A stretch of DNA of 64,000 nt from the human T2T-CHM13v2.0 reference genome, Homo sapiens, in NCBI RefSeq assembly GCF_009914755.1, contig NC_060926.1. One strand, written 5' to 3'. This document shows positions 1 through 12,850 of the stretch, one piece after another. A model generated the notes under the pieces. That model searched no databases. It worked only from the letters and a program-made list of their open reading frames with translations, and was not told where the DNA came from. How positions within the stretch are numbered: the first letter of the stretch is position 1; each line of letters starts with the position of its first letter. The position numbers and the translations under genes are program-made.

Positions 1-1109
1 ATCTGGCTCCCCAGCTCAGGCCGGTGTAAGTGTTGCAGGGGGCAGGATGCTGATGGCCGAGTCCTGTGGGTAGGAGCCCTGCCACCCCTTTGCTCTCACT
101 GGAGCCTTAACAGCCCCAGCTGAGCGTGGCATGCTTCTTTACACAGTCTCCAGGGGCTGGGCCCCTGGCTAACAGGGTTTAGGGTCTAATCCTCACAGTG
201 CCCCACTGAAGGAGGTGCTGCTGCCCATTTTACAGGACAGAACACCAAGGCCCAGAATTGAGCTATCATGCCCAGCCACAGCGTATGCTATCACTGTTCT
301 ACCCACCCACCGGGCCCTCTTCCTGAAGTCTCAGGGGCAGCGTCTAGGACCAGGAGACCGTGTCCTCTGAGATCTGGGCATGCCTGCCCTGTGGAGGCTC
401 AGGAGGCCTGGAGCGCAGGTTTAGAAGCAGCCAGATCTGAGTCTGAAACCCAGTGCAGCCTCTTGGTCACTGTGTGACCTTCGGTGCATCATTTCTCTGT
501 GCCACAAAATAATCACCCACACTGCAAGAGTGAGCAGGGAACATGAGAGCACACGGAAAATGCCTAGGCTGGTGCCAGGCACAGAGCGGGCACCGAGGCA
601 TCACTCCCCTCTCTTTTTGGCCTTTCTAAAATAGGCAGAAGTGGGAGGGGCTTGGAATCTTGGAATTTAGGCGAGGGGTGGGGAGGTTTCTGGAACTGAA
701 TCAAGAGAGTTAGGTTGTCAGATGGGAAACAACGGTGGTCAAATTTAGGCTGGGTGGATGGGAAAGCAAGTTAAGGGAACACAAATTCCCCCAAGGCCAG
801 AATCGAAGGTTATAAGACAGCGCGTGCCTAGAGGCTGGGCTCCCTGTGGGCTCGCCCAGGGCAGCAGGCCTGCCCGTTTGGGGCCCTCTCCTCACTGACA
901 CAGCAGGACTCCCAAGACAGATGCTGCATGTGACCCAGGCCAGGTGCCCAGAGCTGCTAACAAGGCAGGGCCCCCTGCCTTCCACTCTGTAGAGCTGCAA
1001 AGCAGCTGCCTCCCCACTTCCCCAGGGCTGAATTCCTAATAGGTAAGGGAAACTTAACCAGGCACAGGCCAGTGTGCACCTCAGGGGACCCCTGAAAGGA
1101 TGTTTGTGC

Positions 1110-1262
1110 ATATATATATATATATAGATGTAGATATTTATATTATATATATAATATAAATAGATATTTATATTTATATTTGTATTATATTATAAATATA
1201 AAATAAATATATATATTATGTGCATATATATAAATATATAGATATATAGATATATATTTATG
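1110..1262. repeat. (TA)n-rich low-complexity tract
   Basis: Degenerate TATATA/ATAAAT run of about 150 nt. Confidence 0.9.
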
Positions 1263-2865
1263 CAGTTCGGGGAAAGACTAGTCCAAAGCTTTCATCTGAT
1301 TTTCAGAAGGCTCCGGGACCCTAATCAGGTTGGGAAGCATGACCGCTTTAAGGCCAGATCCTCACTAAGTAGGAAGAGAAAGAGGGCCAAGGGGATGCCG
1401 CTGGGGAATTGTGTTTTTTAATAAGGAACTCTGGAAGACCAGCGTCCTTTTCAGAATCAAAGGAATACACCCTAGAGGGAGCATTCTAGGCCTGGCATGA
1501 ACAGAAACATCTGGGGGCAGAATCGGCCTGCGGTTTCTCCAGTCACATGGACCCCACCCCTCCTGTCAGGACCCATGTAGTAGGTGCCCTCAAGGAGAAT
1601 TAATTTATTTTCCAGAGCACCTTGTCCTCACTGGGCGCTCCCCCTGGGGTTAGGGTTGGGGGCACCACCTAGGGAAGCCTGCCTTCCTGCCGGGAGATGA
1701 AGGGGCAGGAGTCTAATCAGACCCAGAAGTAGATCTATGGGGATGAAGGAGGGGTGGGTGGGAGTTCTTGATGATAAATTGAGGCCAGACAGCTGTTGAC
1801 CTGTGCTCTTGGGCCACCCACCCCCAGGCTGGGTATGAACAACGTGGCCCCCACCACCCTGGAGGGAGCCCAGAGCCCAATAGGCAGGCCTTTGGTGTGG
1901 CCCTGCAGGCCCACAGCGACACCATGTGGCGGCGAGAAGAAACTGCAGCAGAGTCGGCACAGGACCCCAGCTTCCATCCTCACGTTGTGTGGACATGGTC
2001 CAGCTTCCTGCCGCGGACCATGAGCAATCCAAGGGTAGGGGAGCCTCAAGAGGGAGACACTGAGCCTTTACGTAATGAGGCAGGGAGGGGTTCAAGCAAT
2101 TAATTGAGAAAGGATGTGACAGGACTGGCACCTGGTCACTTTGTGGCCGTGAGCACCAGCTCCGCCTATCCCCTCTGCAGGGCAGAAGGGACAGTGCTGC
2201 GGGAGGCGGAGGTGCTGTGGCTCTGGGAAGGCTGAAAAGGGACGGCTGCAAAGGAGAAGAGCTTCGAGTCCTTTCCATCAGGAGAAAAACCCGGTCAGCT
2301 GTGGAGGAGCACTGCACAGGAGTCAGAAAGTGGAGTCTGGGCGTGACCTTGCACCTGACCAGCCTGGGGCTCTAGGTCCGCCACATCTGGACTAATCTCC
2401 TGTGTCCTGAGCTCCCAGGACCCCAGAGGCAAGCATGGAGGGGCCACGCTGGCAGGTAAAGTTGGTAAGCTTGCGGGGGTGTGTGTGGCAGGGGTAGGGG
2501 AGGGAAGGTGGGAAGGAGAAAAAGGAAAAGAAGGGAGAGGAGTAGGGGAGAAGGGACAAAATTTATTTCCAAGCACAGCCTTACAGGGCAGGTCTTATTT
2601 ATTTTCCCCATTTTACAGTCAAGAAAATTGAGGCTCCCCAGCAGTGAGCAACTTGGATCCCGGGGCTGACTGGCACCCAGCTAAAAGACATTTCCCCAGG
2701 TCCCTTGCAGTTAGATGTTGCCATGTGACTGAGTTCTAGCCGAGGGAATGTGGGCAGAGTGGGATCCTTCCCAGGCCCGCCCCTTATGAACCTCTGCTGT
2801 GTGGTCCTCCGAGTTCTTTCCTCTCCGCCAGTCAGCCTGGAAACTATGTGATGCCACGGTTGTGA

Positions 2866-3256
<391 letters not shown>

Positions 3257-4281
3257 TGTTTTGGACTTTCTGTGGACAAATTTGCATGAAGGCTTTGAGA
3301 TGTGGGGCATTGTCTGTTACAGCAGCTAGCATTACCAAGCCAGGAATTGGAGGAGCGGGTTTCAAGCCTGTCTACCTCATTTCCCCCAGTTCCCATAGTG
3401 TAGGGTGTTGAGTGAGGCTTCGAGGGAGCAGCATGTTCCCCAAATATGTGTGTGTGTGCACACATGTGCGTATGTACAGCAGAATTATGGTGAGAAGAAT
3501 CTCCACTCCCTTCCCACAGTCTCTGAACCGTGGTCATCTTTGCCTTGCCTGACTTTGAAAGGCTGGTGGGTTTTAGTGTTAAATCACCTATTCTTGTTCA
3601 GGCTTCATCTGGCAGCTTTGCTGTCCTGCATGGACCAGGAAAGAGGGGCAGCTGCACAGCTTTTCTCAGTCCCTGTTATTATTACTCTTTACTGGATCAA
3701 GGGAAAAGTCCTGTGATCTGCAGGGGGTTTATGATGAATAAATGAGCCCGTATGTACATATAAAAATGTCCAGTGCATGGTCGACTTCTAATCAATGTGA
3801 GTCAACTAGGAAAATTCTTAAATCCGCAGCTGTCTTCTGGTAAGACAACCCCTCGCCCCAGGAGGCCAGGGGCTCCCAGGGAGCCAATTTCTCAGCAGGG
3901 CCTGACAGTGGAAGGAAGTATTTTGGAAGGCCAGGCCATTAGGGAGCCTGCCACTACCAGGAGGGGTTCCAGACATGGGGACTGGAACAAGGCCCCTGGT
4001 TGCTAAGGGGGCAGAAACATGGAAGGAAGGAAGAGAGCTCCTAGCTGAAGGGCCTGGGGAAGACAGAAGCAGGCCCAGCCTCCCTTATCGCCTTCCCCAG
4101 TGCACTGCCTCCTGCCCCCTTGCTTGACACCCTCAGAATTTGAGTCCACCCCACATTCCCAAGCAAGGCTTCTAATCCTTTGCAGTGATCTCCCCCATCA
4201 TTGTACCCATACTTGTCCTCAGAGAAGGTTCCTTGGCCTCCTGCCTCTAAGCTGAGGCCCCACCCAGAGGGACACCCCTCA

Positions 4282-4476
<195 letters not shown>

Positions 4477-4965
4477 CTACCATCCTGTCCACATCACCGA
4501 CACCCTTGCCTGCCTGGAATTCCCACTAGACTACTTTCAAAGCTCTCATTAGGTGCTGACTCCTCAGGATCAGGAACCTATCCTGTCTAATGCACCCTTG
4601 GACTCTGCCATGTACACGGTAGTGCTCAGTGTTGAAGATAGAAGGAAGTAAGAAAGGGAGGGAGGAAGGGAAGAAGGAAAGAAGGAAGGCGCCCTCTCCT
4701 ATAAGCTTTGCAAGTAAAGGTCTGGATTTCTCTGGAGCAGATGGCACATCTGTTGGCCAATCAGTTTGCATTAAACAACTAAGCAGCAATGGGTCTCCCT
4801 TCTAGCTTCATGGTACGACTACCTGGGGAGCTTTAGAAATAGACCTAGCCGGCGTGGCACACAGGGATCCTGCATGAATTGGTTTGGGTGGGCCCAGGCA
4901 TCATGTCCTTTGAAAGCCTTACAGGTAATTCTAACGTTTGACTGCAGGGTTGAGAACTCTTGTCC

Positions 4966-5126
4966 CATGATTCTCAAACTTCAGCTTGCATCAGAGTCAC
5001 CCAGAGGGATTATTAAAACACAGATTGCTCAGTAAGTCTGGGGTGGGGCCTGAGTATCTGCATTTCTAACAAGTTCCCAAGTGATGCTGATGCTGTTTGT
5101 CCTGGGACCACACTCAGAGCCACTGC
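4966..5126. mobile_element. MER5A-like hAT-Charlie MITE (a second degenerate MER5-like copy at ~4820-4960)
   Basis: ttctcaaact...gcatcagagtcacc...ctgcatttctaacaagttccc...gaccacact motifs. Confidence 0.7.
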
Positions 5127-5686
5127 CCTGGCCTATGGACACAGCTCCACAAGTGTCACCACTGTATTTGCTGCAAGAATATTATTGAGGATGTTGCTTT
5201 CTACATCACTTGAGTTCCCTTGATGAGGCCCCTCTGGAAGGAGAACCAGGTCTCAATGCAGTGAGAAGCTGAACTTATTGTGAACGACTAGTATACATAG
5301 ACACTACATTTGAAGCTGGTTTCCTCTTTGATTTGGCTGCTAGGAAGCTCAGAGCCAGATGCGTGGCCCACTTCTGAAAACTGAAAGATTTTAAGATGAA
5401 TAAAAAAAATTACTAGGTGTTTTCAATGCAAAACTAGGCATTGTCTAAGCACAGCCTTCTGGATTATCTGATTCAATGGGGTGTCAGGTCTTTTATTGTC
5501 TTCGAGCTACACTGCAACTCTGTAAGTTCTAGATGATTGGTAGCAATGCAAATGATTCTCGTCCATAGGCACAATAATTATTGTCCAGTTGAAATACAAT
5601 TAATTTCACTTCCCTCCCTGTGTATTCAGTCAGCTTTGCATCTATTTGTAAATTCATGTTATCATTCTGCCTTATAGGTATGGTAC

Positions 5687-6048
5687 TGTATTAGTCTGTT
5701 TTCATGCTGCTGATAAAGACATACCTGAGACTGGGTAATTATGAAGGAAAGAGGTTTAACGGACTCACAGTTTCACATAGCTGAGAGGTCTCACAATCAT
5801 GGTGGAAGACGAAGAAAGAGCAAAGGGACTTCTTACATGGCGGTGGGCAGGAGGACACATGCAGGGAAACTCCCGTTTATGAAACCACCAGATCTCATGA
5901 GACTTATTCACTATCACGAGAACAGCATGGGAGAAACCTGCCCCCACAATTCTATTACCTTCCACCAGGTCCCTCCCATGACACATGGGAATTCTGAGAG
6001 CTACAATTCAAGATGAGATTTGAGTGGGGACATAGCCAAACCATATCA
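5687..6048 (-). mobile_element. THE1-type MaLR solo LTR
   Basis: Ends tgtattagtc...ccaaaccatatca, the reverse complement of the THE1 consensus ends; imperfect 5-bp TSD ggtac/gttac. Confidence 0.85.
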
Positions 6049-6869
6049 GTTACTTTGAATGCTATGAACCAGTGATAAGATCTTACTGAGTCCCTCACAA
6101 ATTAAACAAGCTGTTCGGCAGGTATTCATTTTATATTTGTGTGTGAGCTGTGACTGTACTGTCTTTTAAGACATCATTTCACATAACAACTCACCAATTC
6201 TCCCAAAGTTGATCCAAGGGCAGCCACACAGGGAAACTGCTTCCTGCAACAGACTTCTGGAACCCGTGCCCTCTGAGAGGTCATCGCTGGGGTCAGGCTT
6301 GGAAGGGGCTAGAAATGAGCTGAGGGACACCCATGAGGCGAGCCGCAGTCAGCGCTCCTCCCGTTTGGGGAACATGGTGCAGGGCAGAGCCCAAAAAGAA
6401 AGAGCCAGGACTCAAGTCGGCCGACCCGGCCTCCAGGCCTCCCCCACCTTGCCAGCTGCCCTGCTCACTTGCTTATCTCTTGTGGGAGGACCGGCACCTC
6501 CCTCCTGAGGCTATCCAGAGGAAGAGCTCAAAGCCCAACTGAAAAGCCTGCCCAGAGCAGGCACTGGGACTGGCAACCCCTTTCCCGCTGGCCTCCCCAG
6601 GCCTGTTCCTTTTTCATCTGGATTCAGGAGGTTGGACTAGGCTGGGTCCCCTGAATGGCAATTCTTAGCTCTGGGGACTGGGCGATGGATGCGGTGTGCA
6701 GACATTGCGGGAGTACCCAGATGGCAAATGCTCAGCTTTTTTAAGGAGCAAGAACCTGTTTTTAGGCATCAATCTGACCAGACCCAAAGCATCCATAGTG
6801 TCCTTGACCCCTTCATCCCCTCTAAGTGAAATCTCCCTGGTGACCTGTCCCATTGCAGAAGTGTGACCC

Positions 6870-7027
6870 TCCAGCCTACATCAGAATGAGCTGGGTGCCT
6901 GTCAGAGATATGCAGATCTCTAGGCCCCAGATCCTCCTTGTGAGACCAGACCCAGGAATCTGCATTTTAAGAATTCCCCAAAAATGCCGCTGAAGTGGTT
7001 CCAGGGCTTGCTTTGAGAATTTCCACT
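6870..7027. mobile_element. MER5-like fragment
   Basis: catcagaat...atgcagat...ggaatctgcattttaa...tttgagaa motifs. Confidence 0.5.
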
Positions 7028-10000
7028 CTGAGTCTCCCTGCTCCTCACAGCTGAGGGTTCCTCATTTCTAGGCTTAGCCCTACCCCTGGCTCCCAGGAGC
7101 AATTCACAGAGAGTGAGACAGGCAGTCACAGACCCACCAGTGGGGGTCACTACCAGCTGTGTCTTCACCTTGGTACCTGGGTACAGATGCCTCCCCCACC
7201 ACCAGGCAGAGAGCCCAGGAGAGCACGCCCCTGTGCCTACGATGGGCCAGGCATAGCACAAGTGCTCAGCAAACACAGCAGATGAACAAATGAAGGGACG
7301 CCAGCTGGAACCACTGCCTCCCACACCAGTCCCGCCAGGCATCCCTCATAAACGGGCTTTCACCTTGACACCCAGTTGACTTCTACATTCTGCATCCAGG
7401 GCCTGCCAGCTCTGGTGCTGTGCTGATGGGGAGGAGCCCTGTGCGTCCCACACTTGAGCTCCTGTAATCCCATGGCGGTGCCCCCAGTTCCCGATGTGCC
7501 TGGCTCTACCCCCACTTTATAAACGCAGCAATCAAGCAGAGCCAGAAGTGGCTTCCCAGGCCACACAGCCAGGACATGGAGGGGATGAAAGCTGTCTCCA
7601 CCCAGCCCTCCACCCACCTGACCAGTCTCCAGGTGACACCGGCCCCAGCTGCCAAGTGCCCTCCTTGTTCAAGCCAGGCTCTGGGAACTGGAGAGGGACA
7701 GAAGGGGTAGGGAACGGTAGGGTGGGCCGGGCCAGGGCCTGGGTTAGGGGGGATGCTGGCCTAGAGCGGGGCAGGTGTGGCCTGTTTCTCCCTGAAGAGA
7801 GGCCCAGCCCCTAGCAGGAGAGGGGAAGTGGGAGGGCCCAGAGAGGAACCCAGTCCTGAAATCAGGACGCCTGTGGGGGCTTTGGAGGCGGGGCAGTCCC
7901 AGGAGCCACAAGGGCAGGCTGCAACCATGAGCAAGGGTGTCGTAGAATTGTAGAGGGACACAGAAGGCAGTGTGTGGGCGGAGCTTTCACAGGACAGTGG
8001 AAGCATCTATGAGGCCAAGGGGCAGGGGTCTGTGTCCTTGGAGGCATATGGGAGATGAGGAACTCCTTGGATGTTCCAGAAGCTTCACCTGCAAGAGGAG
8101 GAGCCGGAGCTTCTCTCTGCTGTGCACTCCCCAGGGACGGCTCCGCCACTATCCCGAGGCTGCCCGTCTACATTCCAGCTGTGGACGCTGCTGGCTGGGC
8201 CTGAGCAGGGTCTCGGGAACTCAGCAGGCCTGCCGGGTAACCCTGGGCCTACCCAGATGCCTGTGGGATGGGGACTTGGTCCTGAGGACCCTTTACGGAC
8301 AGCCCACTCTGTGTCTCCGTGCTGACCTAGCCTGGCACCTGGAGTCTCAGGAGGCCAAGGGTGACCCAGAGCCCTCTTTCCCTGTGCGGCCGTCTCAGGG
8401 TTGCAGCAGGATGCCTCGTTTCAAGTTGCAGCTCCCCTGCCAGCTCGGGTCAGCCTCTCTTGCATTGGAAGCAGCTGGGGCATTTCCAGAGCATGGAAAA
8501 AGGCAGGAGCCTTTTGCCTCACTTGTGGAAAAACAGATTCAGTGCTGGCTGGACTGGCCAGGTCAGCCAGGGTACCAGCCGCAGGCTCCAGGCCATGAGG
8601 CTGGACAATGCCTGGCTGGTTGGCCAGACAGATGTGGACGGTGCCAGCACGTCTGAGAGGCTTCCTAACTTGGGTCACGTCAGGCAGGGCCCCCAGGGAT
8701 GCCTGGGGACAGGCCATGCCAGGCCTGTGCTGGATGCACATCAGACATCCTGGAGCTGAGGTTGACAGCAGCTCAAGGGTGAGTAGGGTCACTGCCCCAC
8801 GGCGGAGATGAGGAAGCTGAGGTTCCAAGAGGGGGAAGTGAGAAGTGTGGGTGACAGAGCTGGTGATAATGGAGCTGGGATCCCACTCAGCCTTCCCATC
8901 TCCCCAGCCTGGGACAGGCTGCCTCCTCCAGGCTGGCCTTGGTGGCAGCAGACCTGGCTGCTAGCCCCCCACAGTGTTGATCGTTTCCTGAACACGAGTG
9001 ACACTGCCTTGTTCTCTCCCAGCCCTGGCTCCAGCGTCTGGGCACAGAAGGCACAGAACAGACCCAGGGTTTCCCAGCGTGCGATGAGCTCACCACTCAC
9101 TGGTGGCCTGTGCTTTTGGCTGGTACATGGTTGAACATTTTTTCATAGTTGCACTTTTTTAAAGAAAATGTGTATTAGAAACATTATAAAACTAGCATAT
9201 CACATCTGTGATTTTATAGCTACTATTGTTTAGGATGAGGCTAAGTTTTTTAAAAGTCCATTGATTGAAAGGAAAACATATGAAGGAAATCATAGCACAG
9301 GAGGTGCGTGGCTCTAGCCAGGCTGGAGGGAATGTGGCTTGGGGGAGCTGGACAGTCCCTGTGGCCTCCTCAGTGCTTGTGGAGGCTGCCTTGCACGGTC
9401 CCCAGGCTTTGAATGCAGCATCTCAGACTCCACTCCGGGACTCCCCAGTCCCCCAAGCCAAGCAGGAATGGGAGGCAGGGGAGAGCGCTCCCAGCTTAGC
9501 TTCGGATACCTGTCCTGGCTCTGGCCTTCCCAGGGAGCCCTGGCAGGGAAGGGACACAGCCCAGGACTAGGGTCATCCTGGGCAGTTTTAGTTCCAGAGC
9601 AGCACAGCTCACTGCCTGACTTGGGGGTAAGCGGCATTCATTGAGATAGGGGATGGGGGAGCTTTGTCAATAGGGCCACACTTACTGAGCCACGAGGGAG
9701 GGGTCACCGCCCCAGGAGAGCCAGGGCTAGAAGGAATATACATTAGCTGTGTGGGCAGGCAGATCCAAAGCATGTGAAGAGCAGGGCTTCCCACGCCTCT
9801 GTCGTCTCTGATGGCCACCTCCGCCACCAATTGTCTGGCTGGAGGGGATGGGATGGAAGGCTGGGAAGTTTAAGTGGGGAAACAAGAGAAGACAATGCCA
9901 CCACCTGGGGAGGAGGGGTTGCCTGCCCCAGTGCCCGTGGCCCAGGAGGACAGCATGGGATACCAGGTTGAGGGAGGTGGTATGGTGGAGATAGAATGGG

Positions 10001-12494
10001 CTTTGGACCCAAGCCTACTTTGGGTATGACACTTAACCTCTGTGAGCCTCAGTTTCCTCATCTATAAAATGGGCACAGTAATATTTCCCAGGATTTTTGA
10101 GAGAATTAAATGATATGTGGGTGCGGTGGAATACTTTCTGATCCATCAATCTCTTCTTTTTTCTTCTCCTGTTTTTTTTGTTTGTTTGTTTGTTTTTTGC
10201 CTTTTCTCTCTCCTTCCTCCTCAGATTGAAGTCACAGAGAAAGGCAGGAAAACTTCCTGGCTTAGGTTTCCAAAGGCCTCTGGGGGATGAAGAGGTATGC
10301 TGGGATAATCAAAGCACTTGGGAGAAAACAGAAAAAGAGCAAGAATTCCCAGAGACTGGGGAGAGATGGAGGGGAAGTGATGAGCTGGGACATGGAGGGT
10401 TCCAGAAGAGGTGCAAATACCCTGCTGCCCAGCCAGCCCTGAGGAGGTGGGATGGCCCAGAGGAGAAACAGCTGTGGGGGCAGGTCTAGATGGGCAGACC
10501 ACACACAGCCTTGCCGAGCCCATGCCTCCCGGCAAAGCACAGGAGGGGCCAGTGGCCCAGGATAGACAGGGCTCTGCCAGTCACCACCTGTGACTAACAC
10601 CATCATCAGCTGCAGGCGAGATCCCCCTGAACGTGGTGGTGCTACGTGAATCTCTAGCCACCTGGGAAAATTGCAGGGGAAGATCCAGAAATGTCTGCCA
10701 TCCCAGGAGAATGCAATCAGAATTAAAGTCAGAAAACGGAGAAAGTTCTATTTTTGCCCAAAGGGGTTTATAGATAAAGATTCCTGGTCTTTATATTTGT
10801 GGAGCCCCTGGCCCTGGGCCAGGTCTGAAGCAGACCCAGCAATGTCAGCTTCCTCTGTCCTGCCCACAGGGATAGAGAGGTGGCCCCAGAGGCAGGTCTG
10901 GGTGGGTTGGGGGAGGACTGAGAGAGGGGAAAGGGCCATCTCAGAGGGCAGGACAGTGCCTGGGAGTTTGCCCTGCATTCACCTGGCATGGAGCCTCTAT
11001 CCTCCAGTCCTCTATTTATAAATAAGCTCAGATGGCCTGATAAAAACCTGGGACTATTTCTGGAGCAATGTGTCAGGCTGCAGTGGCAGGGGGCCAGGAA
11101 CAGCCCGGCCCCCGGGGCCATGCTGAACTGGGCCACTCACACCCCTCCATGTCCCTGGTGCTCACTTCATCGGCTGATGGGGTCACCAGGGAAGCCACAG
11201 CTCCTCTTTGTCTTGGCCTTGTGTCTGTCCTCTCCTACCTTCTGCTTCTGCCGGTGTTTGCTCTTTCCTCTGCCCGCGGACCGCCACATCCATCTCTCAG
11301 GCACTTCCACTGCTCACCCCCACTCATCCCTTTCTCCTCCCCAGAACCCACAGTGGCTTAGGACGAGCTCCTGCACAGCGGCCTGTTTCCCAATTGCATC
11401 GTGTATCTCTTTGCCTCTCTTGGCTCAGCCATGGCCCCAGCCCCAGGCCATCCAAGGGGCAGCCTGGTGAGGTTTCTTCAACTTTGCTAATGACTTGACC
11501 TACAGTCTTAAGTCAAGAAGGTGTCGCTCTCCTTTGTGATGGCTGGACGCACAGGAGCTGTGGTCAGGATGGGGCTAGAGGAGCTGAAATCCCAGGGCAA
11601 CAAGGGTATTTAAAAACACATCGCAGGAGAAACAGCTAAAGAGTCTTGGAACCAGGAATCATAAGCTGTTTGATGGGATGAACTATCTTGGGAGTGATGA
11701 GGTCCCCATCACTGAAAGTATTCAAGCAGAGAGAGTCATGGAATTAGGAGACGGAAGAGCATCAGACACTGAATGAAGTCTGCACTACATGAGATGAAGA
11801 ACCCTTCCAGCCCTGAGGCCGAGCAGCCACTTCTCTGGAGCAGGCTGGCCCATCTATGTCCAGGAGGCCAGCCCCAGGCTAGCTTCTGAGCACGGGGAGC
11901 TAAGTCCTTCGCCTTCCAGAGACTGCACAAAGTGTGTGCCACCTCCACAGAACCCTCCTCATCCACCCGAGAACTCTTCCTCACCTGACCTAAAGCTCTT
12001 CATTTCATACCACCTTTCAAGCGAATTAAGGATTAATTGCCAGCAGCAATCTCTGTCTTTGTTTGTTTTCTCTAATGGAAAACCTTTCTCTCGGGAGGGT
12101 AAGGTTATCAGTCATTCACAGCTCAGTTGTGCTGTGTTTGATTAGACTGGACGGCAAAGCTGAGTCCTGTTTCGGCTCTGTGCGATCCTGGGCCCCTTGG
12201 AGCCTGTTTTCTCATCTATGAAATGGGAGTAATAATAGTGCTTATTGCACAGTTGTTTTAAGAACTAAAAATTTAAATTGCCTAGAATGTTATACAAACA
12301 TAAGCTGCCATATTTTGGAAAAATGAGCCAAGATCAGTGGTGCCAAGGGAAGAATGGGCAGAGGTGAGCTGTGGGCAGCCGTGGAGGATGGTCCACGGTG
12401 TGGCTGCCAGAGGGCATCGGGGGCCAGGCAACTCCAGAAAGGAGCTAGGAATGTTAGAGAAAACTGCACTAACAGCCAGCATGCGTGAAGAACT

Positions 12495-12850
12495 GATTCA
12501 TACTACACCGTGGATGAACCTCAAGAACATTATTCTCGGCAAAAGCAGACAGACACAAAAGGTCACATAGCAAATGCTTCCGTTGATATGAAATGTCCAG
12601 CACTGGCAAATCCACAGAGACAGAAAGTAGATTAGTAATAGCCAGCGGCTGCAGACAGGGAAGGAGGGGAGTGATGACTTAATGGGTACAGGGATTTTAT
12701 TTTGGGGTAATGAAGATATTTTGGAATGAGACAGAGCTGGTGGCTGCATAGAGCACTATGAAAGTGCTAATTGCCATTGAATTATTCACTTCAAAACAGT
12801 TAATTTAACGCTATGTGAATTTCACCTCAATAAAAAAGGTACAAAATAAA
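12495..12850 (+). mobile_element. L1MB-like 3' end
   Basis: tggatgaacctcaagaacatt...cagaaagtagattagt...gaatttcacctcaataaa; AATAAA at 12829 and 12845. Confidence 0.75.

Noticed and set aside
1645-1662. Telomere-like ggggttagggttggggg
   Set aside because: Only one exact TTAGGG unit; chance occurrence
1628-2317. 229-aa minus-strand ORF in intron 3 (and the 228-aa ORF at 7970-8656)
   Set aside because: No similarity to SCTR exon 4 (GSLFRNCT...) or to any family I recognise; chance ORFs in GC-rich intron
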